Shown here in pieces: positions 41,695-52,800 of a DNA stretch of 64,000 nucleotides. The notes beneath the pieces were generated by a model. It saw only the letters and a list, made by a program, of their open reading frames with translations. It did no database searches and had not been told where the DNA came from. Every line of letters starts with the position of its first letter. Position 1 is the first letter of the stretch. The stretch is from Candidatus Poribacteria bacterium (GTDB lineage Bacteria > Poribacteria > WGA-4E > WGA-3G), in the NCBI GenBank assembly GCA_963663765.2, contig CAXXUA010000004.1, positions 1,120,001 through 1,184,000 of the forward strand. Reading direction: 5' to 3'. Position numbers and translations under genes: made by a program.

Positions 41695-42728
41695 ATGAAA
41701 AGAAGTTTATTGATACTCAGCATTTTCCTCGCCATGATGCTCGTTGCGTGCGGTGGTGATGAGACCACCACGCCTGTAGAAGACGACCAAATGGTGATGG
41801 ATGACGATAAAATGGATAACGGCACACAAACACCCGTAGACCCACCACCAGAACCTGAAAGAACCTATTATGAAGGCACACTTGTTGGGCATACGGGTGT
41901 TGTCTGGAGCGTAGCGTTTAGTCCGGATGGGAGCACAATCGCAAGTGGCAGTTGGGACAAAACTATTCGCCTGTGGGACACAAGTGATGGCACGCATATC
42001 CGCACACTCACTACGAGTAGGGTCTACAGCGTAGCGTTTAGTCCGGATGGGAGCACAATCGCAAGTGGCGGTACGGACAGTACCATCCGTTTGTGGAACG
42101 CAAGTGATGGCACACATATCCGCACACTCACTACGGATTTTGTCAGGTGCGTAGCATTTAGTCCGGATGGGAGCACCCTCGCAAGTGGCGGGGGGACAGA
42201 ACCATCCGTTTGTGGAACCCAAGTGATGGCATGCATATCCGCACGTTCACAGGGCATACGGATGAAGTCTGGAGCGTATCGTTTAGTCCGGATGGTAACA
42301 CCCTCGCAAGTGTCAGTCGGGACAGAACCGTTCGTTTGTGGAACGCAAATGATGGCACACATATCCGCACACTCACAGGACATACGAATACTGTCGTCAG
42401 CGTAGCGTTTAGTCCGGATGGTAGCACAATCGCAAGTGGTAGTCATGACAATACCGTCCGTTTGTGGAACGCAAGTGATGGCACACATATCCGCACACTC
42501 ACTACGAATTGGGTCTTAAGCGTAGCGTTTAGTCCGGATGGTAGCACAATCGCAAGTGGTAGTCATGACAGTACCATCCGTTTGTGGAACGCAAAAGATG
42601 GCACGCATCTCCGCACACTCACAGGGAATACGAGTTCGGTCCAAAGCGTAGCGTTTAGTCCGGATGGTAATGCCCTCGCAAGTGGTAGTTGGGACAACAC
42701 CGTGCGTCTTTGGGATGTTAGTGAGTGA
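41695..42728 (+). pseudogene. WD40-repeat lipoprotein, paralog 2, frameshifted in a G6 run (42190-42195)
   Basis: ORFs 41638-42405 and 42210-42728 join if one G is added (GGC GGG GGG GAC AGA ACC). Confidence 0.85.
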
Positions 42729-43100
42729 TGTTGGTTATCTGAACCAGGATTTTCAGGATTAGCAGATTTCCAGGATTATGAGTTTGGTTGGTTATGGTGC
42801 TAATCACAAGTAAGCCTAAACGCACATCATATATACCTGGATTTTGTCCGAACCAGGATTCACAGGATTACCAGATTTTCAGGATTATGAGTTCGGTGCA
42901 GTGTGATCCTATCCAAAAGTAAGCATAAACGCACATCATATATACCAGGATGTGGTAAATCCTGGTAATCTGGCAATCCTGAAAATCCTGGTTCAGACAA
43001 GAGGGCGCGCGGACAAAGCACACCAAATGAGACAAAACAATTGACATGTTTTCGTTTGTGATGTATTATGTCCAAATATTACACATAAAAGGAGTTTATT

Positions 43101-44153
43101 ATGAAAAGAAACTTATTGATACTCAGCATATTCCTCGCCATGATGCTCGTTGCGTGCGGTGGTGATGAGACCACCACGCCTATAGAAGACGACCAAATGG
43201 TGATGGATGACGACAAAATGGATAACGGCACACAAACACCCGTAGACCCACCACCAGAACCTGAAAGAACCTATTATGAAGGCACACTTGTTGGGCATAC
43301 GCATGTTGTCTACAGCGTAGCGTTTAGTCCGGATGGGAGCACAATCGCAAGTGGCAGTTGGGACAAAACTATTCGCCTGTGGGACACAAGTGATGGCACG
43401 CATATCCGCACACTCACAGGACATACGATTTCGGTCTTAAGCGTAGCGTTTAGTCCGGATGGTAGCACCCTCGCAAGTGGAAGTGTGAACGGAACCGTTC
43501 GTGTGTGGGACACAAACAGTGGGACAAATATCGGCACGCTAACAGGACATACGCTTTGGGTCCACAGCGTAGCGTTTAGTCCTGATGGTAGCACCATCGC
43601 CAGTGGGAGTATGGACAAAACCATCCGTTTGTGGAATGCAAGCAACGGCACACATATCCGCACACTCACAGGGCATACGTCGCAAGTCACCAGCGTAGCG
43701 TTCAGTCCTGATGGTAGCACCCTCGCAAGTGGTAGTAGAGACCACACTATCCGTTTGTGGAACGCAAATAACGGTACGCACATCCGCACACTCACAGGGC
43801 ATACGTTTTGGGTCAACAGCGTAACGTTTAGTCCGGATGGTAGCACCCTCGCAAGTGGAAGTGATGACGATACCATCCGTTTGTGGAACGCAAATAACGG
43901 CACGCATATCCGAACACTCACAGGGCATACGGATGTTGTCAACAGCGTTGTTTTCAGTCCTGATGGTAGCACCCTCGCAAGTGGAAGTTGGGACAACACT
44001 ATCCGTTTGTGGAACGCAAGCGACGGCACGCATATCCGAACACTCACAGGGCATACGCATTATGTCAGAAGCGTAGCGTTCAGTCCGGATGGTAATGCCC
44101 TCGCAAGTGGTAGTTGGGACAACACCGTGCGTCTGTGGGATGTTAGTGAGTGA
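43101..44153 (+). CDS. WD40-repeat lipoprotein, paralog 3
   Basis: Same leader, seven WD40 repeats, ends WDVSE. Confidence 0.92.
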   Translation: MKRNLLILSIFLAMMLVACGGDETTTPIEDDQMVMDDDKMDNGTQTPVDPPPEPERTYYEGTLVGHTHVVYSVAFSPDGSTIASGSWDKTIRLWDTSDGTHIRTLTGHTISVLSVAFSPDGSTLASGSVNGTVRVWDTNSGTNIGTLTGHTLWVHSVAFSPDGSTIASGSMDKTIRLWNASNGTHIRTLTGHTSQVTSVAFSPDGSTLASGSRDHTIRLWNANNGTHIRTLTGHTFWVNSVTFSPDGSTLASGSDDDTIRLWNANNGTHIRTLTGHTDVVNSVVFSPDGSTLASGSWDNTIRLWNASDGTHIRTLTGHTHYVRSVAFSPDGNALASGSWDNTVRLWDVSE

Positions 44154-44323
44154 TGTTGGTTATCTGAACCAGGATGGACAAATCAAGAAATCAACGGTAT
44201 GAATCATGGCGAATGCCATACGCGCATTCGCCCAAAACAACGGTATGAATGCTATAAAGCATTCCTCATGATTTTCAGAGGTAATGTAACATGTCCATAT
44301 ATTATATACAAAAGGAGTTTATT

Positions 44324-45376
44324 ATGAAAAGAAGTTTAGTGATACTCAGCATATTCCTCGCTATGATGCTCGTTGCGTGCGGTGGTGATGAGACCACCAC
44401 GCCTATAGAAGACGACAAAATGGTGATGGATGACGACCAAATGGATAACGGCACACAAACACCCGTAGACCCACCACCAGAACCTGAAAGAACCTATTAT
44501 GAAGGCACACTTGTTGGGCATACGGATATTGTCATCAGCGTGGCGTTTAGTCCGGATGGCAATACCCTTGCGAGTGGAAGTTATGACGATACTATTCGCC
44601 TGTGGGACACAAGCGACGGCAGACCGATACGTATATTATCTGGGCATACAAATAATGTCACCAGCGTATCGTTTAGTCCTGATGGTAGCACCATCGCAAG
44701 TGGCAGTCAGGACAATACCGTTCGCGTGTGGGACACAAACAGTGGAACAAATATCGGCACTCTCACAGGGCATACGTTTGCTGTCACCAGCGTATCGTTT
44801 AGTCCTGATGGTAGCACCATCGCAAGTGGCAGTTGGGACGACACCATCCGATTGTGGAACGCAAGTAACGGCACACATATCCGCACGTTCACAGAGCATA
44901 CGAATAATGTCACCAGCGTATCGTTTAGTCCTGATGGTAGCACCATCGCAAGTGGAAGTGCGGACAAGTCAGTCCGTTTGTGGAACGCAAACTTTGGCAC
45001 ACATATCCGCAGGCTCACAGGGCATACGACCTTGGTCAGCAGCGTATCGTTTAGTCCTGATGGTAGCACCATCGCAAGTTGTAGTTATGACGATACCATC
45101 CGTTTGTGGAACGCAAGTAACGGCAACCATATCCGCACGTTCACAGGGCATACGCATGATGTCATAAGCGTAGCGTTTAGTCCAGATGAGAGCACCCTTG
45201 CGAGTGGAAGTTCGGACGACACCATCCGATTGTGGAACTCAAATGACGGCACGCATATCCGCACACTCACAGGGCATACGAGTAATGTCACCAGCGTATC
45301 GTTTAGTCCAGATGGTAATGCCCTCGCAAGTGGAAGTTGGGGCAACACCGTGCGTCTGTGGGATGTTAGTGAGTGA
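44324..45376 (+). CDS. WD40-repeat lipoprotein, paralog 4
   Basis: Same leader, seven WD40 repeats, ends WDVSE. Confidence 0.92.
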   Translation: MKRSLVILSIFLAMMLVACGGDETTTPIEDDKMVMDDDQMDNGTQTPVDPPPEPERTYYEGTLVGHTDIVISVAFSPDGNTLASGSYDDTIRLWDTSDGRPIRILSGHTNNVTSVSFSPDGSTIASGSQDNTVRVWDTNSGTNIGTLTGHTFAVTSVSFSPDGSTIASGSWDDTIRLWNASNGTHIRTFTEHTNNVTSVSFSPDGSTIASGSADKSVRLWNANFGTHIRRLTGHTTLVSSVSFSPDGSTIASCSYDDTIRLWNASNGNHIRTFTGHTHDVISVAFSPDESTLASGSSDDTIRLWNSNDGTHIRTLTGHTSNVTSVSFSPDGNALASGSWGNTVRLWDVSE

Positions 45377-46522
45377 TGTTGGTTATCTGAACCAGGATTT
45401 ACAAATCAAGAAATCAACGGTATGAATGCTATAAAGCATTCCCCCAAATCAACGGTATGAATCATGGCGAATGCCATACGCGCATTCGCCATGATTCATA
45501 CCGTTGATTTCTTGATTTCTTGATTTCTTGATTTGGTGCTTTGTAAGCGCGTTGGATGCACAAATAATGTTGAAAATTACATCATTTTCATCACAATTCT
45601 TGATTAAATCATGAAAACTGCGTAAGTCCTGTTTAAGAAAAAATGTTAGTGTTTCTCTTGTGGGAGGGGTTTGTAACCCCGATTATACAGGTTTCAATTT
45701 GCTAAATCGAGGTTGAAAACCCCTCACACAAAAGGTCAAAATCCTTAAATTGACGCTTATGGTTGAAGGGATTTTCAACGCCAACCAGAAATCCGTCACA
45801 AACAAAAACACATCTATCATGTAAACCAACATCATACATCAAAGACACCTTCAATGTTTTCATTTCTTTCACCGTCCTCTGCGATTCAGTCAATGTAACA
45901 ATCAACCATCAGATTACCAATAGCCAATCCCCAAATCTATAGTATATCTATTGGAAATCCCAATAAACAAACCTAAAAAAACCATCCATATCACCACATC
46001 ATCAAATATAATATTAACGAGTTGTGCTAAATAACTATATGTTAATCATTGTTTCACAGAAGCATGACGTTTTGCTGGTGTCCTTCATAGTTTGAAACGA
46101 TCTTCAGTCCCGTAGGGACGATATGTTTATAGAAAACGTCATACGTACATCCTCTTTAGTCCCGTAGGGACGATATGTGTGCATTATAAACCTAATATCT
46201 GTAAAAACTTTCAAAACAATTGGTTAACTGGCACAAGTCTTAATGAGACAAGATTTATTTGAATTGGTATAATCATACAGTAAACTACCTTCTAACTCTA
46301 TTCAATCAATCCTAAAGTTTGATACTCCCGTGCAACTTCTGTTCTACGCTTCGAACCAACTGACTGATTCTCGGTGGGCTGAGTTTCAACATTTTATCAA
46401 TATCACAATTTGACATATATTCGCGAATGTGGACGAAAACCTCTTGTTCACGTGGAGTCAGTTTTCATGAGAACCGCGCATCTGCGCGGTTCCCGTTATA
46501 AACAGCACGGTAATAATAACTA

Positions 46523-47323
46523 TAGTTTGGACAATTTTTTTCCAACATGTTTTGATAAGAAATTGGTGCACCGCTTATGTTACCAAATCAAGACATAATG
46601 ACCAAAACTCAGGGTTATTTAGTTTTAGGTTTTTTTGATGATTATTTGCTATAACGTTAATTTTATGTGTTGCCATCTTGTCCATGTCTTTAGTCCCGTA
46701 GGGACGATATGTTTATAGATAAATGTTATCTACTCCTCTTGAGTTCCGTAGGAACGGCATATAAGAATAAACATATCGTCCCTACGGGACTAAAGAGCTG
46801 GGAAGGTCACTCGTTTTCTATAAACATATCGTCCCTACGGGACTAAAGAGCTGGGAAGGTCACTCGTTTTCTATAAACATATCGTCCCTACGGGACTAAA
46901 GAGCTGGGAAGGTCACTCGTTTTCTATAAACATATCGTCCCTACCAAATCAACGCCAATGGGCCAAATCAACGGTATGAATGCCATTAAGGCATTCCCCG
47001 TATGGCATTTGTCGGGACTAAAGAGCGATGTTCAGGTTTCAATAATCTAAAATTGATGTATAAGGTGCAGTTAGGAAACTGCATTTGGGTATTAACTTTC
47101 AGTAAATCGAAATAACAGAAAGCTTTTAAAACTGAATAACCCTGACCAAAACGGAACTTTCTTTGCTGCAGCGGAGCAATATGTTTATAGTCACATTGTC
47201 AGCCAACATAGCACTCCGCTGGAGCACATCATTTTCTCCAGTTTCACAAATATACGAAACTCGTAGAAAAATAGACGTTCTGTTGAATAATCAACTTCTA
47301 CAAGATGAAAATTGTCCAAACTA
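46523..47323. mobile_element. MITE with TAGTTTGGACAATTT TIRs containing a nested CAGGGTTATT MITE (46610-47144)
   Basis: TAGTTTGGACAATTT / AAATTGTCCAAACTA. The nested element has TSD ACCAAAAC(T/G) and a tandem amplification of a roughly 58-bp REP-B unit. Confidence 0.75.
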
Positions 47324-48572
47324 GTAGATAGTCCATTCTAATTGTTCGGGTATAGATGTTTTAATCGTACGCGTGCATCGTCCGTTGTAAATTGCCAGTT
47401 TACCTGCTTTTGCTCTGCATTTCGCCGTTTTTGCCAGGCTTGTGTCTCTCTATGGAGTGTCTCTATATCTGGGATACGCCGACACAAACATTGACGCGTA
47501 AGGACACTCAGTTCTATTTCCGCTATATTCAACCAACTTCCATGTACTGGCGTATGCACGATTTCTAAACGCTTACGCAACCTATTTGCTTCCTCATCTC
47601 CAAACACTTTATTGAGCGTCGAAAGTTTGTGTATATTCAGGTTGTCACAAACTAAAATCACACTTTTTGCTGATGAGTAGTCCTGATCCAATAGTATTTT
47701 TACTTCTTCTGCCCAATCCTCTGCCTTTCTGCGCGTCCGAACAGACACACGCCTCCATCCCGATAATGCTTCTGTGAATAGGAAGATATTTGCCGTGCCT
47801 TTGCGTTTATACTCATTATCTACACGCTTGACTTGCCCCGGTTTCACAGGATGCGGATCCCGAACATCATCCCTAAGCGTGACAGATTGTTCGTCCATGT
47901 TCACAACAGGTATTTCTGTATCTAAAGGTTTCTGGTAAAGATCAAGCACTTCTTCCATCGACTTTACAAACTCAGCATCTTTTTCAGGGGGAATCACCCA
48001 CTGTTGCTGAAGGTGCGGCTTCAAAGCGTTTTTTTTAGTGTCTGTCTTACCGTTTCTGGAGAAATGCTTTCCACGATTTCAAGTCTTACCAATTCTGACG
48101 CAAGTAGGCGTAAAGTCCATTTAGCAGCACCTTCGGGAGGTTCGCTACAACTCAGTGCTATCAAGCGTGCTTCAGCTTCACCATCAAGTTTACGAGGTGT
48201 GGGAGGATGCTCTCGCTTAGCACGAAATAAGACACGAGAAAAACCACCTACAGCAAAACGCTTACGCACTTTCGCGACTGTCCTATCAGTGCACTCATAC
48301 GCTTCAGCTATTTTCCCATCAGTCCAACCGGGACCATTGACATCTGATTTCAGCAAAATATGAGCATTCCTTATCTTATACGCCTCTTTTTTACCTGTGT
48401 TTATACAATCTAACAACTCCTGCCGCTCCGAATCAGTGAGTTTTACAACATATTTCTTAGTCAAGGTTGTGTTCCTCCTTAAGTTTTGCTATACTATAAG
48501 AGAAAAACTCTTGTTTGTCAAGATACTAAGAAACAAAAAAATAAATACAAACTTTTAGTATGGACTATCTAC
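47324..48572 (-). mobile_element. IS630-family element, copy 1
   Basis: TIR GTAGATAGTCCAT / ATGGACTATCTAC with TA flanks. Confidence 0.92.
47338..48464 (-). CDS. IS630 transposase (HTH ORF plus DDE ORF, probably joined by programmed frameshift)
   Basis: ORFs 48021-48464 and 47338-48024 overlap just after an A8 tract (CTAAAAAAAACGCTTTGAAGCCG); MDE, DNLNIH and HGSWLNIAEIE motifs. Confidence 0.9.
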
Positions 48573-48590
48573 TAGAGTAATAATCTACTA

Positions 48591-49839
48591 GTAGATAGTC
48601 CATTCTAATTGTTCGGGTATAGATGTTTTAATCGTACGCGTGCATCGTCCGTTGTAAATTGCCAGTTTACCTGCTTTTGCTCTGCATTTCGCCGTTTTTG
48701 CCAGGCTTGTGTCTCTCTATGGAGTGTCTCTATATCTGGGATACGCCGACACAAACATTGACGCGTAAGGACACTCAGTTCTATTTCCGCTATATTCAAC
48801 CAACTTCCATGTACTGGCGTATGCACGATTTCTAAACGCTTACGCAACCTATTTGCTTCCTCATCTCCAAACACTTTATTGAGCGTCGAAAGTTTGTGTA
48901 TATTCAGGTTGTCACAAACTAAAATCACACTTTTTGCTGATGAGTAGTCCTGATCCAATAGTATTTTTACTTCTTCTGCCCAATCCTCTGCCTTTCTGCG
49001 CGTCCGAACAGACACACGCCTCCATCCCGATAATGCTTCTGTGAATAGGAAGATATTTGCCGTGCCTTTGCGTTTATACTCATTATCTACACGCTTGACT
49101 TGCCCCGGTTTCACAGGATGCGGATCCCGAACATCATCCCTAAGCGTGACAGATTGTTCGTCCATGTTCACAACAGGTATTTCTGTATCTAAAGGTTTCT
49201 GGTAAAGATCAAGCACTTCTTCCATCGACTTTACAAACTCAGCATCTTTTTCAGGGGGAATCACCCACTGTTGCTGAAGGTGCGGCTTCAAAGCGTTTTT
49301 TTTAGTGTCTGTCTTACCGTTTCTGGAGAAATGCTTTCCACGATTTCAAGTCTTACCAATTCTGACGCAAGTAGGCGTAAAGTCCATTTAGCAGCACCTT
49401 CGGGAGGTTCGCTACAACTCAGTGCTATCAAGCGTGCTTCAGCTTCACCATCAAGTTTACGAGGTGTGGGAGGATGCTCTCGCTTAGCACGAAATAAGAC
49501 ACGAGAAAAACCACCTTCAGCAAAACGCTTACGCACTTTCGCGACTGTCCTATCAGTGCACTCATACGCTTCAGCTATTTTCCCATCAGTCCAACCGGGA
49601 CCATTGACATCTGATTTCAGCAAAATATGAGCATTCCTTATCTTATACGCCTCTTTTTTACCTGTGTTTATACAATCTAACAACTCCTGCCGCTCCGAAT
49701 CAGTGAGTTTTACAACATATTTCTTAGTCAAGGTTGTGTTCCTCCTTAAGTTTTGCTATACTATAAGAGAAAAACTCTTGTTTGTCAAGATACTAAGAAA
49801 CAAAAAAATAAATACAAACTTTTAGTATGGACTATCTAC
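48591..49839 (-). mobile_element. IS630-family element, copy 2 (tandem)
   Basis: Near-identical to copy 1; one visible substitution (RFAV vs RFAE). Confidence 0.9.
48605..49731 (-). CDS. IS630 transposase, copy 2
   Basis: Same two-ORF structure and motifs as copy 1. Confidence 0.9.
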
Positions 49840-49884
49840 TAGAGTAATAATAAGAAAAACGCAAAAATAGTTCTTCATATCAAA

Positions 49885-50649
49885 TCACTCCTTTGATAAA
49901 TTTAAAAATTCATAGGGATCAATACCCCCATCAGGATATGTGTAAATTTTGAAGTGACTTGGTATATCATCTTCTGAAAGGCTACCCTTTGTTATGTCAT
50001 CAAAACCATCGTCTGGATGTCCCGTAGAACGAGCAACATATCTTTTAACACGACCAAACAGATTTTTCCGTGTTTCCCATTCAACGTAACGGACACCCTC
50101 TATGATCGGATAAATGAGTCCATTTCGTTTATAAGTTACTCCTTCAGCTCGTATACCTTGTTGGTATAACTTAACTCGAACACGAGCGAGTAACTCATGA
50201 TGAGGCATCTTTGACATATTCTCCCAGAAAATATTCACCTTATCCTTTGGAACACGCATCTCCTCTGGAATTTCTGGATAGGGTCCAAAGCCATTTGGTG
50301 ACACTGAGACTTTTGCATCCGTTGCGGTTTCCGTTGGTGTTTCAGATTGCTGTTGTTCTGCCGTTTCCGTATTACTTTCAGCTTCAGTGGTTACTTCTGT
50401 TATAGGTTTCCTTGCAGTTGGTGTCGCGCTTTCTGCAGGTACTATATCCATAGTACCTTCCGTCACGCTGTCCGTATCGGAGACTTTTTTGGCTACCTCC
50501 GATTGGCGCAGCCGTTTTTCTGGCTCAGCCGCTGCCTTTTTCTCATCTGCTATATCGTGCTGATACCACAATACGCACGCAACAGCAAACACAATCAGGC
50601 AGACAATACCACCGAGTAACCATTTGTTGGTGAGAATACCACGATACAT
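49885..50649 (-). CDS. Hypothetical membrane-anchored protein
   Basis: AGGAGG RBS before MYRGILTNKW; one TM segment, T/E-rich linker, SPNGFGPYPEIP domain. The longer ORF start lies inside a MITE. Confidence 0.75.
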   Translation of the reverse strand: MYRGILTNKWLLGGIVCLIVFAVACVLWYQHDIADEKKAAAEPEKRLRQSEVAKKVSDTDSVTEGTMDIVPAESATPTARKPITEVTTEAESNTETAEQQQSETPTETATDAKVSVSPNGFGPYPEIPEEMRVPKDKVNIFWENMSKMPHHELLARVRVKLYQQGIRAEGVTYKRNGLIYPIIEGVRYVEWETRKNLFGRVKRYVARSTGHPDDGFDDITKGSLSEDDIPSHFKIYTYPDGGIDPYEFLNLSKE

Positions 50650-50705
50650 CGTAAACCTCCTTCTGTTGTATGAAAATAATAAAACAACCACGCCAAAAGA
50701 AATAT

Positions 50706-51932
50706 CAAGGTTATTCAGTGTTCCTAATAATCGAATTTTGCAAATTGAAACCCCACGGTAGGAGCGACCTCCCGGTTGCGATTTTCTCAAGAAACGAGTA
50801 AAATGGGTAAAACTGAATAACCCTGGCAAAATATAGATTTGCTGGCAATTTTAAACAATTATAACGTGAGTTTCATAAATTATACCAATTCAAATAAATC
50901 TTGCCTCATTAAGGAATTCTACTGTTTACTGGCAGGGGGCTACTCTCTTCGGTAGGAGCGACCTCCCGGTCGCGATTTTCTCAAGAAACGAGTAAAATGG
51001 GTAAAACTGAATAACCCTGGCAAAATATCAAGGATATTCAGTTTTCCTAATTTTTGGATTTTTCAAAAAAGAAACCACACGGTAGGAGCGACCTCCCGGT
51101 CGCGATTTTCTCAGAAAACGACTAAAATGCCTCAGACTAAATAACCCTGCGAAAAACAAGGATATTCAGTTTTAGGTATTATTGATATTATTTTACTATG
51201 ACGTTAATTTATGCGTTGTCATCTTGTTTTCTCTTTAGTCTCGTAGAGACGATATGTTTATAGATAAGTGTTATCCACCCCTCATGAGTTCCGTAGGAAC
51301 GGCATAGAAGAATAACCATTTCGTCCATACGGGACTAAAGACAGATGTACAGGTATCAATAATCTAAAATTGATGCATAAGGTGCAGTTAGGAAACCTTA
51401 TCTACAGCAATTATATATTAACTTTCAGTAAATCTTAATAATAGAAGACTATTAAAACTGAATAACCCTAACGAAAAAACCACCGGCATTCAATTGTCAC
51501 TTGAATTTCTGGTGGGAGGGTCTGTAACCCCGACATCCCTCGGTAGGAGCGACCTCCCGGTCGCGATTTTCTCAGAAAACGACTAAAATGCCTAAAACTG
51601 AATAACCCTGCCAACAGGCCAGGGTTATTCAGTTTAAAGAATCTATCGTTAAACCAGTTAACTTTGGGTTAATATTAGTGATTATATACGATTCTTATGG
51701 TATTCTTAATTTTTGTCTGAACAAGGATTTTTAGGATTAATAGATTATCAAGATTTTTCTCATCAGATCCTATTCCAAAAGAGGGCATAAACACATATCA
51801 AAAACCCTTGACGAGGTAAATCCTGGAAATCTGCTAATCCTGAAAATCCTGGTTCAGACAAAAAATAAACTAACTCAAGGATTAACGACTGTGATAGAAT
51901 TTACTCAATAAATTGAAAACTGAATAACCCTG
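50706..51932. mobile_element. Stack of at least six CAGGGTTATT-family MITE units or ends with REP-A, REP-B or REP-F cargo
   Basis: AATAACCCT(G/A) ends near 50825, 51019, 51148, 51470, 51610 and 51932. Confidence 0.8.
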
Positions 51933-52053
51933 TAAAAAATCCATTTTGTTGTTTTTTTGGAAATTTCACAAATTCAGAATATCGCTATAAACCCACATCA
52001 CGACACAAACGAGAACACTTCTAAAAAAACACAAAAAACAACTAAAATATTTC

Positions 52054-52620
52054 CAATACCTTCGCCATTTTGAGTGCTTCAGTTGAATGAGTATATAGTG
52101 TTGATCTACCATTGCTCTGTGATATTGTTAGGATTACATAAATAAAAATAACTTCAGGTTTTCGTTGAAGTATTTTTAATTATCATAGCGTCTAATTTGA
52201 CGATAGAATCTGACAGAATAATTTATATGCACAATCTGGAAGAATGTGCTACAACTACACGCACAATCTGGAAGAATGTGCTACAACTACACGCACAATC
52301 TGGAAGAATGTGCTACAACTGACCGCACAATCTGGAAGAATGTGCTACAACTGACCGCACAATCTGGAAGAATGTGCTACAACTACACGCACAATCTGGA
52401 AGAATGTGCTACAACTGACCGCACAATCTGGAAGAATGTGCTACAACTACACGCACAATCTGGAAGAATGTGCTACAACTGACCGCACAATCTGGAAGAA
52501 TGTGCTACAACTACACGCACAATCTGGAAGAATGTGCTACAACTGACCGCACAATCTGGAAGAATGTGCTACATCTGACGACACAATCTGACAGAATGTC
52601 TATTATTGGCGAAGGTATTG
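52054..52620. mobile_element. MITE with CAATACCTTCGCCA TIRs carrying a 32-bp tandem array
   Basis: Perfect 14-bp TIRs; 6-bp TSD TATTTC. Confidence 0.8.
52229..52580. repeat. 11 x 32-bp tandem array GCACAATCTGGAAGAATGTGCTACAACT[ACAC/GACC]
   Basis: Read directly; last unit slightly degenerate; no unique spacers. Confidence 0.95.
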
Positions 52621-52800
52621 TATTTCACAATACTGTAAAAAAGAACGGGATCTAATGCACCAACTCAAAAATCATCGAAATCCGAGTAATCTGTGTAATC
52701 CGTGATTCTGCACAAATATCCGAGAAATCCGAGAAATCCGAGTAATCAAAAAGAATATCAAAGAGACATATATCAAAAAATCTTAATGTAAACCCTACTT

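Noticed and set aside
40454-45376. Diversity-generating retroelement acting on the WD40 genes
   Set aside because: No reverse transcriptase, no non-coding template repeat, and the differences are not confined to adenines.
46300-46410. GGTTCGAA motif suggesting a tRNA fragment
   Set aside because: No cloverleaf forms; the minus strand instead reads like a short HTH remnant (LKLSPPRISQLVR), too degraded to call.
52229-52580. Possible CRISPR array
   Set aside because: Units are contiguous with only a two-state 4-nt variable block; there are no unique spacers and no cas genes in the window.
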